A stretch of DNA of 61,779 nucleotides, the filler included, from Rhabdomonas costata (lineage: Eukaryota), in NCBI GenBank assembly GCA_019059605.1. It is 26 parts of 26 records of this genome, joined end to end, with 100 filler letters (N's around TTAATTAATTAA, not from the genome) between each part and the next. Parts side by side here need not be neighbours in the genome. Positions count along the whole stretch, not along the records: positions 23,817 to 26,097 come from JAHMHO010004315.1; positions 26,198 to 28,472 come from JAHMHO010004316.1; positions 28,573 to 30,853 come from JAHMHO010004317.1; positions 30,954 to 33,233 come from JAHMHO010004318.1; positions 33,334 to 35,613 come from JAHMHO010004319.1; 21 more parts are not named here. The stretch is one strand, 5' to 3'. The notes under the pieces were generated by a model. It was not told the DNA's origin, made no database searches, and saw only the letters and a list, made by a program, of their open reading frames with translations. Of the stretch, positions 23,826-35,613 are shown in pieces; position 1 is the stretch's first letter, and each line of letters begins with the position of its first letter. A program made the translations under genes and the position numbers.

Positions 23826-25387
23826 GTTCTGCACGACATCGATCACATGGGCCTGAACAACTCGTATGCGCGCCGTGTCAATGTGATATTTTGATATTTT
23901 GTGTGATATCACATTGGTTTCTGCGCGGCGCCACCATCCTCCTCTGTGGCCGCGGAGAACTCCATTCTTGATGAGATCTGTGGTACGACCCAGTGGGCAT
24001 TCGTCATTTCTTTGATGTTTTTGGGAGGGTTCGCGTGCCTTCACGCAGGTTTCATTTTCGGGCGGAGACCCCGCTGGGCGTGCTCTCAGCCGCATCCGGA
24101 ACGAAATCCGTCCTTGAGGTGTGCTTCCAGCAGCTCCCTGTTGAACGAGCACTGAGAATATGGGACCAGCATTTTGTTATCTCGCGATCTCTCTTAGCAA
24201 CTGGGTTCCAATGTGCTTTAGAAAGAATGCATTTTTCTTCCTTTTGAGAATCTGCGATCATGAAATTTTTGGAAATGCATTGTTAGCGGGCCGAAGCAGG
24301 GGAGAAGTTTCGTGGCCCGAAGGATTCTAAACTGTTGGAAACAAAAACTCGCGACTTTTGGCACGCGTATTCATTGAAATGAAGAGAGCAAGTTTAGATG
24401 GTGGCTGCCGTTCAAGTTGCCAAATGTTGAATGCAGACGCTGTGTGATCCGCAGGTTCACCACTGCAACCTCTCCATTGAGCTGCTGTCGCTGCCCGAGT
24501 GCAACATCTTTTCGGGGCTCACGGAAGACCAGGTCAAGGCCGCCTTCAAAAACCTGATCAACAACATCCTCGCCACGGACATGGCCAGGCACAAGGTCGG
24601 CCTGAGTCTCTTATTCTGCTGGAGCTTGGAAAAGAATAGCAGCCTAATCGCTTCTGAATTTTTTCTGTATCGCTGTTGACTTTTCAGAAACACCGTAGTG
24701 ATGGTTTCGAATGGATTCGAATGGAAAAATGTTGCAGGAATGAATCCAAATTGCGCAGTAATACGTCAGACATAAGGTCTCAGAACACTGAGGTCAGTAA
24801 CTGTGCTTCTGCTTTTTCCTGTCGATATTTTGGGTCACCACGCAATGCTTGCATTTTCCCGAAGCAGACGTGTACTATTTTCGGAATGCAATGCACAAAA
24901 ATATCACAAACACCAATGCTCAGTGGCGCATTGAAGTGTTGCCATTTCAAAGGACATATGCGGAGTCGCAATGAAGCAAAAGTGATATCTAATAATATTT
25001 GCTTGAGGACTCACGTTTTGGCGGCGCCTTGCGGGAGGGGAGAGGTCGATGGTTGGGATGTTGGGGGGTTTTTGTGCAGGAGTTTCTGGAGGAGTTCAGT
25101 CGGGTTGCGGACTCGGGATACACTAAGGTACGCGTGCGGAATGAAGAGCTTAGGGTGGGTGGCTGAAGGGTCCTCTAGAAGACATCGCTGGCAAACCTAC
25201 CGGTGAGAACTCTACGTTGGGCTCGTCGCGCTCGAGCTGTTGCTTTCATCGGTTCCGTATTTTTTTTTTGCTCGCTTATCACTGTGGTTTCCGAAAAGGG
25301 CAACCCTGAACACCACCGGCTCGCCTCCGCGATGCTCCTGAAGTGCGCGGACATCAGCAACGTCAGCAAGCCCTTCGCCATTTCCAA
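23826..25387 (+). CDS. Class I cyclic nucleotide phosphodiesterase, kinetoplastid PDEB-like catalytic domain (exons ~23826-23863, 24049-24118, 24455-24595, 25080-25127, 25299-25387)
   Basis: Spliced HDIDHMGLNNSFHFRAETPLGVLSAASGTKSVLEVHHCNLSIELLS...ILATDMARHK...LLKCADISNVSKPFAISK has the HD, LExHH, ATDM and ADISN motifs. The PLG.LS.ASG..SVLEVHHCNL stretch is PDEB-like. Confidence 0.95.
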
Positions 25388-26708
25388 GTACCCCACCCCA
25401 CTCCAGCGCTCTTGCTGTTTTGAACGTGTGGGTTTCGCTTTTTTTTTTCCGTCTTTGCGTCTTTTTTAAAACTGAGTCATAACTGACCGCAGGGCATGCC
25501 CACACAAACCAGGGGTGCCAGTGTCCATTCAGGAGTAAATTGCGGCCTTTGCTGTCTTTCTCGGTTGGTCCCGTGAAAGTCCACTGAGGGTAGATGCTTG
25601 TCCGCTCGAATTTCCTCGCGGGATTGAATTACTTTCTCTTGGGAGTGTGGCGAAAGCAACTCCTGCCCTGTATGCAATCCTGTAAATCGTCAGTGCGGTC
25701 GATCGGTCGATGTCGAGGGAAATGGTCATTGATCGCCCGGGCCAGTCTCATCATCCTTACCCGCGTTTGCGTGCTCACAGGAGCTGGGGAGTTATGATGA
25801 CAGGTGTGCTCCTATTCAGCTTCTTGTCATTGATCAATGTCCGGTGTTCAGCAGCATGAAACGATGCGAGAGAAACGGTGCATCTTATGAAACGAAGAAA
25901 GCAACCCAAAGTCATGTTTTTGGCATTCGTGATGTCATTCGTGATTTCGGGACACCATATTCTTCGTCATCTTTTGCGCGCAGCCCTCTCAGTGGCTCGA
26001 TATCTCCATCTCTATGACGCACTTCTGCCCCTAGTATTGGAAAGTATGGTATGTAAAGTATGCATCAGCGGAAAGCATGTACCCTCAACACAAAAAANNN
26101 NNNNNNNNNNNNNNNNNNNNNNNNNNNNNNNNNNNNNNNNNTTAATTAATTAANNNNNNNNNNNNNNNNNNNNNNNNNNNNNNNNNNNNNNNNNNNNTGG
26201 GGTGCACGAAAGCACCCCAAGCGTGAGAACCAAGGCTAGATGGGAAACAGGGGTTTAAAGTTTTTTTTCCAGGTTTTCGCATCAGGTGGCAGTGGCACGG
26301 GCACAGGCATTGTTTTGGTGATCTGCACAGATGCTCTACTGCACACAGAGATGAGATCTTGGCTTCCGAAGCCTCATGATACCACTCATGTGGAGGACAA
26401 GTGAGATTTGCTGTTGGCAATGCTTTTTCTTCCCTGCCATGAATTCTGTTTTGGATAAGACTCCCCTTCTCCAGGAGAGTCTCCTCAGCAGAAAAGAGCG
26501 GTTCAATGCAGGCAAGGTGAGAGTGAAGATTTTAGTGCCCATGAGAAGCTGGCCCGAAGGGATGGTAGGTCGTAGGACGTGTCCTGTGCGCTTGCTTGGC
26601 TTGCGCCTCAAGGGCTGAGCTGTGTGGTCCTTTCCCAACAAAATGGGAAGGAGTTTGGTTGGGGGTGGGGGGTGCGGAGTGCATGTGTGTGTGTGTGGGA
26701 TCCCTCAG

Positions 26709-26854
26709 TGTGACGTGGACCAGTGCCCAGAGATCTCCGGGGCGTGCGGCATCGCCTCGATGCCGACGTTCGTTTTGTTTGCGAAGGGGAGAGAGGTGGC
26801 CAGGGCGACCGGCGCGGACGCTTCGAAGCTGAGGGACGTGCTTCAACGCGCGAC
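26709..26854 (+). CDS. Thioredoxin-domain exon (C-terminal half)
   Basis: CDVDQCPEISGACGIASMPTFVLFAKGREVARATGADASKLRDVL (DVD...MPTF...G...GA) bounded by AG/GT. The active-site exon was not seen. Confidence 0.85.
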
Positions 26855-29377
26855 GTATGTGGGCGTGTCTTTTGTCTTGGGAAAGATACTATCTCCGCAG
26901 TGAAAAGCGGAGCGTTTTCTATTTCTGCTCCACATTCGCGTCCATTGGAGTGCTTGCGGGAGGAGCGGCGTGCCCGATGCGTGTATGGGGGCTGACTTGG
27001 TGTTCCACTCGCTGGTGGTGTTGTGGCGGGTCAGGTCGGCGGCGGCTTCCGTCCCGATGGCCGCGGGGTACGTCCCCAGCACCGTGCGGAGCGTGGTCGG
27101 GACTCATCTGGGCATGGCTGCCTCGACGAGCAGGTGTGGCTACTGGTGTCCGTGTACCCTGAGGCTTCTTTTTGTATAGGAAGGGAGATGGACCTTGGTG
27201 GGTGAGCGTCTAATGTGGGAAATGTGGTGCTGCATTTCAAACGCGCGGCTTACATGTGGTGTCGATAACGGAGGTGGGCTTTTTCCTTCTCCTCCCCTCT
27301 CTCACACTCTTTCTCTCGCATCTCAGGTTCTCCACGATTGCAACTCAGCTGAAGTGGTGAACGTCGACGTGTTGCCGGAACCACTTTTCTATAGACGAAG
27401 GGACGTGAGAAAGGTCGCGAGTGGATGGGGTATATTGCCACCCCATCCATTCGCGTCCGCCTTCGCCCCTCCCCCATTTCCCTCCCTTAGCTCCGACACT
27501 TTTCTCCGATTTCCCCTGAGAGAGAAAATCCATCCTTGGCTGAGGCTCCCCTGCCTCGTTCTGTAGTATGTGTTTACGTTTCGCTCATGTAGTGTGACGA
27601 ACTGTGTGATGTGTTGTCCTCTACATCTTGGTTGAGCTGCGTACGTTTCTCTAGAGTCCAAGACCTCTTGAGGGCTTTCTCCGGCTTTGCTTCGGGTGCC
27701 CCTGTGCCCGTTTTTCTGGCATAATGAGGCTATCTGTGTGCCCGTTTTCGTTGTCAAAGCTGGCTCCTCTTTTCTGCAGCTTTGACCTGCGGAGAAGACC
27801 ATCTTTGGTTATGTCAATTGATACTCAAGCTGGTGTGATCACTGGGATGTGGGCGAAGCTGTTGTGTTTTTGCTTCTCATCCGTACTTTTCCGGTGTTCG
27901 CGCACCGACATGCAGGATGCCTCAGCCAAAAGTGTGCATGGGTGGAAGGCCGAGACCGCGTATGGGGTAAAGAGGAAACATCGGCACATCACGAATGCCT
28001 TATCCTTGTCCTTGTGATGTGAAGGCTGCTGTTAGGTAATTAGTGCTCTTTGAAAAAGGCCCGTGCGTCATGCGCAACCCCGTCATCTCCATCCTGTGCT
28101 TCATCCTCGTTCTCGGCTCGAGGAGCGGTGTATCCGGAAGGGGGAAGGGGAGGGTGGATAAATTCTGCAGCCCGTGGCGCCGATCATCCGATCATCCGGC
28201 ACGGAGCAGCCTCTGGGTAAGTTACCACCGCCTCGGGTCGCTCTCCCGCCCCACTCACCATCCGTTCTGCACAGGGCCCCTGCTCCCCCCTCTTTTTCCC
28301 TTCGCTCGGCTTCCAGCCGTAAAATGGACTGTTGCATTTGAGTTTTGCCTTTTACATTGATTTTTCCGTTTTTGTTCTTCTGATTGTTCTGGTTGTTTTT
28401 TTTTGGGGATTTTTTGAGCCGCGATTCCCGGAAAGCAGTGTCCAATTTCCAAGGTCGCAACACCACCCCCCCNNNNNNNNNNNNNNNNNNNNNNNNNNNN
28501 NNNNNNNNNNNNNNNNTTAATTAATTAANNNNNNNNNNNNNNNNNNNNNNNNNNNNNNNNNNNNNNNNNNNNTGTTGGTTTGGCAAGCAGAATTGGGATA
28601 ATAGTGGGGAAGAAACACAGAGGTGGAATAGGAGTGATATGGGAAGACACAACACCATAAAACTTGGCGTTTGTGCGCAACCAGAAAAAACACGGCGTAA
28701 TGGTGGCGCACAACTGAGGGTAACGAACAGGAAAGCACGGATAAGGGAGAATGAGCACGGGTGTGTTTCGAATCAACTGCGTATAAGTAGGTGTGTGCGC
28801 GTGCGCGAGCGCGTGCCCTGTATGTCGCGTATTCTGCCCCAACAGCAGTTTTATATACCAGAAAAACGGAAAAGCGGCTGTGCATATACATCCACAAAGA
28901 AGACGACGAACGAATGCACGCTGACAAAAGCATAGGGTGACAGGAAAGTGCCATACCCGCACGGAATATGCAGCACAGCAATGACAAATTGTAAACACAG
29001 AGGAAAAAAAAGGTAGAGAAGAGGGAGCAAACCAAAAAGCCCAAGGAGAAAAACCGAGTGATGTGGTCCATGCCAAGTCAAAGTGAGAAGCAAGAGAGCA
29101 GCTGCTAAGCTCGACCCTACATCAGGAAAACTTTGTTTAATCCCAGACAAGGTGATCTGAACTTAGAGGGTCGAGGAGGGTCGAGAGCATACTCATACCT
29201 TATGCTGACACAGTTTACAACGGGAGAGATTTTCGCGCTCTCCCTTTAGTACAACGTGGGTTTTTGTGTCCTCCTGCCTTTTAAGGTTGCAGGGCAAATA
29301 TCAGAGTGGAAAAACGTGGTTTTACAAGCGACCTGGAAACCATCTCGCGCAGAAACTCCCACCACATACAAGCACAC

Positions 29378-29602
29378 CTCCATGTACTCCACAACATAGT
29401 TCAGCACCTTGCCACTGACCTTCGAGAGGGGTATCACCGTGGCATCCGGATGAACCTCCAGAAGGTCCTTGAGCATACCCGACATCATGGCAGCCGCTCG
29501 GGAAATAGGGAACTCCATTGGAGGCGTATCATTCGAATGGAGCACAATGTGAGTCTTAAAGTCAACAGCTGCAGAACTTCCGGCCGGAAGCGACACCGCC
29601 AT
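29378..29602 (-). CDS. SKP1: Skp1-family protein, first exon (BTB/POZ part)
   Basis: IVLHSNDTPPMEFPISRAAAMMSGMLKDLLE...VIPLSKVSGKVLNYVVEYME|GT follows Skp1 I.L.SSD...F.V...A..S..IK..LE..IPL.NV...L..VI.W. Confidence 0.85.
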
Positions 29603-30989
29603 GGCAACGAGAAAGCACTGAAAGCCAGAACAAAGCTGCGGGAATAAAAGAGAACACACTTTCTTGGCACCCTTCTTCACCCATCATCACCAAGATTGGC
29701 GACCCCCCCCCCCAGTGCTTAAATGACATTGTAATACAAGGGTTTGCAGGGGATCTGGTATGGTAGCCAAATAAGCATTCCCTTGGGATTTCCAGGGAAG
29801 CCTTTGAACGGTAAACGGAAGGCAACGCACCTGGCCCTGGGATTCCTGTACGTAAGATTTCGCAGTGGAAATCAACAGAAGGGGAAGAAGGGCTCTTCGA
29901 AGACTGAAAGTTTGAAAAAAGAAAACCCAAGCCCATTAAGACATTACAGCAGAAAAAGATCATTTTCGTCATTTCCTTGACAATACTGGACACACCCGGG
30001 GACTCTTCGGTGAGCAGAGTGTCATTAGTTCCGCAAGAGGTGTGTTAGAACGGACCAGTGCAATATCCGTGTAGGTGATACCCGCTGCTATCACTGCCAC
30101 GACTCCACTTCAGTCAAACCATTTGGTTTGGGTGACTGAAACAGTTTGGGACAGCAACGGTTACGGCTAGACCAAGACTGGAAAACAACACATACGTCGG
30201 GTATAATCTTCATCTCAAAGTCACATGGGTCCCATCGGAAACACATGGGTATCATAACCGGAGCTAGACTCATGGCTTGGGTATCATGCTTGCTGGCGTC
30301 CTGGAAAGAATGAAAAACTCTCCACTGGTTAATATAGCGCATACTCTTCATTGAAGACACCTGCTATCTGGCCCAGCATCAAATATCCAACCTTGGGAAA
30401 ATCCCGCCTAACTCGAGAAATATAGTTTTTCCTATTAATGTTAATGTTGCAGAAGGAACCGGGACTTCGGGCCAAAGTATGGGATTAAAAAAAACCACGG
30501 CACAGCAGCGGCAAATGAGTGAAGCAGCGCGGTCCCAATGGGCGAATCGGAGACGCGAGGGGAAAAGGCAGTGCGCGAAACGCCGTCACAAGAATGGCGT
30601 CAACCAACAACATCTCCCTTGGAGCGGGAAACGACAACCCGCTGAAACAGCAAAAAGGGGTGAAGTCGCAGGAAACGCGACAGCTTAGGATTCCTCGCAC
30701 CAGCGGTTTTCCTCGCGAATCCGCTCCTCTTCTTCAGGGGTGAAGTCGTTTTCAATATTGAACAACTGCCGTATCTGCTCCGGAGTCTTTCCTGAAGAAA
30801 GCAAAAAGGCGAGCAAGTTCTGAGGGATGCTATGGAAAGTAAGCAACCACACCNNNNNNNNNNNNNNNNNNNNNNNNNNNNNNNNNNNNNNNNNNNNTTA
30901 ATTAATTAANNNNNNNNNNNNNNNNNNNNNNNNNNNNNNNNNNNNNNNNNNNNTGTGTGGGGTTGCACTGGGCTGCAAGGGCTGAGGGG

Positions 30990-33040
30990 GGCAGTCGTGG
31001 TACCCCATTCGAAGAGCCTCACAGCATTGCAACAAAACGGCGATGGCGACTGCCTCGGAGCGGAGGGAGACTGCTGTGCATGTCCGCACCATTGCGTGGG
31101 CCACCTGCGACCACCCATCCAGCAAAATTTGCACCCAAAATATACACACACCCAACAACTCCTTGGCCACACTATAAGTTTACCACATCCTTTGAAAGCG
31201 TTATCGATAGTTGCACTCTTGGCGACCTTTGACCAGACAAAGAAAAAAAGAGAGCAACCTCTTCCGGTCCATCCTCGGAATCGAAGCTCAGCTCCGAGAG
31301 GTCATCATCCAAACCGTCACTCTCACTCTCGTCATCTTCCTCCACCTCCTCATCTCCGCTAGCTTCCTGATCGGAGCCATTGACGCACTCACCATCCGCA
31401 TCGGACTCCGCTCGCTCGACAACACCGCTCACCTCGTCTTCATTGTAAACCCCTGGTCCGGGTGACGAATCTGGACAGTAAGTTCCGCAGTCATCGCCTT
31501 TGGAAGAGGTGCATGATAAACAATGGAGACCATGACGTGGATCGAGCTCCACCACCGGCAAGGTTCTGCGAAAGTTTTGGGAACTGCTCCACAGGCCCCT
31601 GAGCCTTGCAAGGACTAGTAGACCGCGGTTGAGCAAAGGAAACCCAGCACGAAGGGTTACCCAGCCGAAGAACCCACCTGAACGTATACAAAGAAGCCCA
31701 TATTGAACTCGCGTGTATCTTTTTGGTCTCTCGTAGACCTTCCTCATTCCTCTGAAAGGCTTTCGGGAATCTACTGCACAACAAACCACCAGGGGAAATA
31801 ACAGGGGTTTCGCAAACGAAACATCGTTAAATTGTACAAAAGCGCGCAATTAAACGAGAGCGGGTGAAGGAAAGTTGAAAGGAAAAGCCTACCAAGCCCT
31901 AAACGCTGAGGTAACTGACTCCGAGGGTCCCCAGGGTGAAAACAAACCCACTGCCCACAAACCTTTCTCCTTTCCGGGTCGATCCACTCGCCGACCCATG
32001 TGTGCCAAGAAGAATGCCGTCGCGGGGTCAACGGGCTTTTCGGCCGGAGCGAAAGGAAAGCGAAGCCTGCACCCCCTGTCGCCCCTTCCCCACGGCTCCA
32101 CAAAGCCGTACCGTGTCAGCAGAGCGAAGGTGCTCAGCCCCCGCCCGTAGCACAGAGTCAGCTCCTCCCCTACGCAGATGTCAGCCCTTGCCCTCAGGCG
32201 AGCCTCCACACCCATCTCTCCGCTGCCGGGCTCCAATGCATCACTCAACCACACCACCGTAAGCTCACAGTTGGCCTCCCTCCAGCTGCGATGGTTCAAG
32301 TTATCCACCATCGGGATCATCAACCACACCCCAGAGTCCTGCGTCAGGCAACCCTTCTCAGTAGGACGTATGCGGACGGTGTGTTTGGTGGCGCTCCTCT
32401 CCATTATCGTACAGGCATACCGACTTCACAGCACACTGGTCAAAACTGTTTCTTCTTTGATGATAAAAAGCAACTAGTACCGGAGCCGTTGAAGCCAAGG
32501 TGGGGGTTGCTAAAACACAAAAGCCCAAAGGAATCGAATTTCGAACTCACTAACCACAATTTGTAACTTCTGTTTGTTGCACCGACGTTGATTCCTGGAG
32601 GGGGTAGGCTGCTACGGTATAGTCATATGCCCAAACACATCGTCAAACAGCCCCTCCTCTGGACTCACAGCATCACCCTTGGAAGGGGCCAGAAAGCAGC
32701 GGGTGCGGATCACCGAGACGGCCCACACCCACTGCGCTTCTGACGGGGCAGCGCACACCCGCCCGCTACCCACGGGAATTACGTTTGCTTTCAGAGACAC
32801 CAGCCGGAGCCATAGCGGGATGAGTATCTCCCGGTGCCACCGCAGTACACGCTCCCGCCTCCTCAGGCTGCTCTCCAAGGCAGGGGAACCCGAGAGGTGC
32901 GCAACCAGCTCAGCAGAGGTCCACGTCGGGGGTCTCCTCAGGCAGGTCCCTCAACAGTGCAGAAAGCGAGCCGCACTCCCCACAGGAGCCAACCCCGAAG
33001 GCCCTCAACCACAGCAGGGTCACGGCCAGCACAGCCCACG
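30990..33040 (-). CDS. SET-domain protein-lysine methyltransferase (Rubisco-LSMT/SETD3-like), several exons, one apparent frameshift
   Basis: WTSAELVAHLSGS, WVWAVSVIRTRCF, IPMVDNLNH, GEELTLCYG...LLTRYGFV and a C-terminal VSLRSEAVAIAVLLQCCEAL; acidic linker at about 31440-31260. Confidence 0.8.
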
Positions 33041-33333
33041 GCTTAGCTCAGGAAAAAAGAGGGGCACAAAGGTAACCAACACCACATACCAAAAAGCAAT
33101 TCATATTAGCATTCATTCATGAAATTAAGGTCCATATGAAATTAGTCGAGCTGACGTCAAGCATGTTCGACGTTCAGCATTGCAGACGCTTTACCAAATT
33201 GGAAAATTAGGTAAGGTAAATTACCAAACAACANNNNNNNNNNNNNNNNNNNNNNNNNNNNNNNNNNNNNNNNNNNNTTAATTAATTAANNNNNNNNNNN
33301 NNNNNNNNNNNNNNNNNNNNNNNNNNNNNNNNN

Positions 33334-35613
33334 GTGGGTTGGTGCGGAGCTCGGCTGAGCACAACTCATGGCAAAGAATACATCAGAGTGTAGATTTTCA
33401 GGGTGAGGGGGAGGGAGCTGGTGTAGGGTGTGTGGGTGTCGTTGCGTGCATGGTGAGGGTGGGTTCAGAACTTTTCGTGGAGGTTTTTACGGTGGGTGTC
33501 CTGTGGTGCGTCATGGAGTGGATACGGGATCATTGGTGTGTCTAGTGGAATGGGTGTGGCTGTCTGGATGGTGGGCTTGATTTGTTTTCGTGTGGATTTT
33601 GTTGTAGCGGGTGGGGTTGTGGGTGTAGTGAATAGGTGGGCTGTGAAGTGGGTCGGGAGTGGTATTGTCATGCTTGTGGGTTTTGCGTGAGTTCGTTTTT
33701 TGGGTCCCAGGTTCGAGCGTGGGTTTGGTGTGTGTGTGGTTGGCGGTGGGGTGGGGTGTCGTTGTAGGTTTTTAGTGCTAGGCGGACTCCGTTTTGCGTG
33801 TCTGGGTTGTGGGTTGTGTATGTGGAGGTTGGGTGCAGTCTTGGGTGTGTTATGGTCTTGGGTCATGAATTCGAAGTTAGGTTCATGCGTGTTTGTCACC
33901 GGGCGGAATTTTCGCGTGGGTGTAGGTTTTACGATTCGTTATTCGTGATTAGGCATTTGGCATTGTAACACAGGCTCTCTATGTATCGCCTATCATCAGT
34001 TTATATTAGAAATATAAAAATGAATTTGAGAGATGACATACAAGAACTTGCTTGGTGGTGTAAATTAGTCTCGCGTGTATAATAATATCAGCGGGTATAT
34101 TTTGAAATGCATCCGATACATGTGCTGTATCATATTTGTGGCACTGAGTCCTGAGTATTGCAAATTTAAGCTTTGTTTTGACGATTCTTTGAAGACTATG
34201 TATCGGTTAGGTCAACTCAGAGCCTCTGGTATTTTGATATGATATGAACGATATTGGCATGCGCAGTATTGCTACCGTGGACATTGTACACAAAACTGTG
34301 TCGGATACATTTGTGCCATTAAATTCTAGCACTTTAGTGACTTCTTAATGCACTTGATTAATTTTTTGTTTCTCCAACTTGTACATGTAATCATTGGATT
34401 ATGTACACAATGCACGGTATATCTACAAATATTTGTTGCCTTCAACTTGAAAGCGTCTTGTCTTGTTGTACAGTGCTGTATTCTTTGGTATTCGACTTCA
34501 CTCCGTTAACTCGAGGTGAATGGTATTCTTGGTATTCCTCAAACACAGATGCAAACGGATTTGATAATTTGTGTTATGTTTTCTTATCATCTGTTGGTTT
34601 TGGAACCAAGATAACTTCAGACATACTCACAACGATTTTTTCTCTAACATTTTGATCACTCCTGCGCTAATTTCTTCTGAGTAATATTTCTTGCCTTTCT
34701 GAGGTGTCATTTGTGCTACTCCTTACAAGGCTTCTTGTATTGCAGTCAGGACTCTGTTGGTTGTGTGCTTATTATGGTTACTTATGGTGCTAGTGTTGAT
34801 GTTGCCATGAGTGAGTCTTGTGTTTCTGTGGGTTATGGTGCTAATGGTATTTATGATGTGTTTTATGTGTCAAGAGTTGTGTTTCTTGGTTATATGAGTC
34901 ATGTTATGAATCTGCACGTGCGGTTCTGTGTTACTGCGCTGCTGTTTTGTTATTTTTGGGTCAAGTGGTGTCATGGTTAGTTTGGTTTCGTAGTTTATGG
35001 TAGTGCTTCTTAATCTATGCGTGTATTCATGGTTCTTGCACTTGTGGTGCTATGTTGGGTTGTAGATCCAGTGGTTTATGTGGTGATTTGTGTGTTTATA
35101 CGGTGTATGTGTCTATTCTGTTGTGTTTTGTCTTCTCTATGTAATAATATGGCATTGGTGCATGACCACAGTGTAATTTTTTGTGGTCAGATCAATGGTT
35201 TTTAATTCATCATATCGAGAGGAGTGTAACTCTTGAAGCACCTTAATTACACTACGAGGCCACAAGGCTATGAGAGCTGCATTTAGAAAGTAGTAATCAG
35301 ATAACCGCAATCTGCGTACAAGGGCTACATGTCACGCAATTAGGGACGGTGGAGAAGCGGTGACTAGGATCACGATTGCAGAAGTGAGGCAATCTTTATG
35401 ACAACCACATCATGTGGCTATGTCCACCCAGCATCCAGCTAGGTCCAGACATCACATCGCAGGCATCCACGGTAACCGTGTTATCCCACATTTCAGTATG
35501 TGATATGTATCCAAAACCGATCAACTGTAGCTGTTGAGACTGCTAGCTTGGTGGTTTCGCGCATAACGACAACAATAATAGGAGATTACTGTAAGCAATA
35601 CGTACCAACCAAC
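33334..35613 (+). other. Compositionally anomalous contig (strong G+T skew, C-poor), possibly mitochondrial or a NUMT
   Basis: 33400-33950 and 34750-35200 are dominated by G and T, with no splice-bounded GC-rich exons. Hydrophobic frames extend if TGA is read as Trp. Confidence 0.35.

Noticed and set aside
32940-33030. Possible TGA readthrough frame in the SET gene
   Set aside because: That frame is not family-like upstream; a single frameshift explains the data better.
34640-34700. Minus-strand KGKKYYSEEISAGVIKML resembling Hsp70
   Set aside because: Short, followed by stops, with no other Hsp70 motifs; likely chance.
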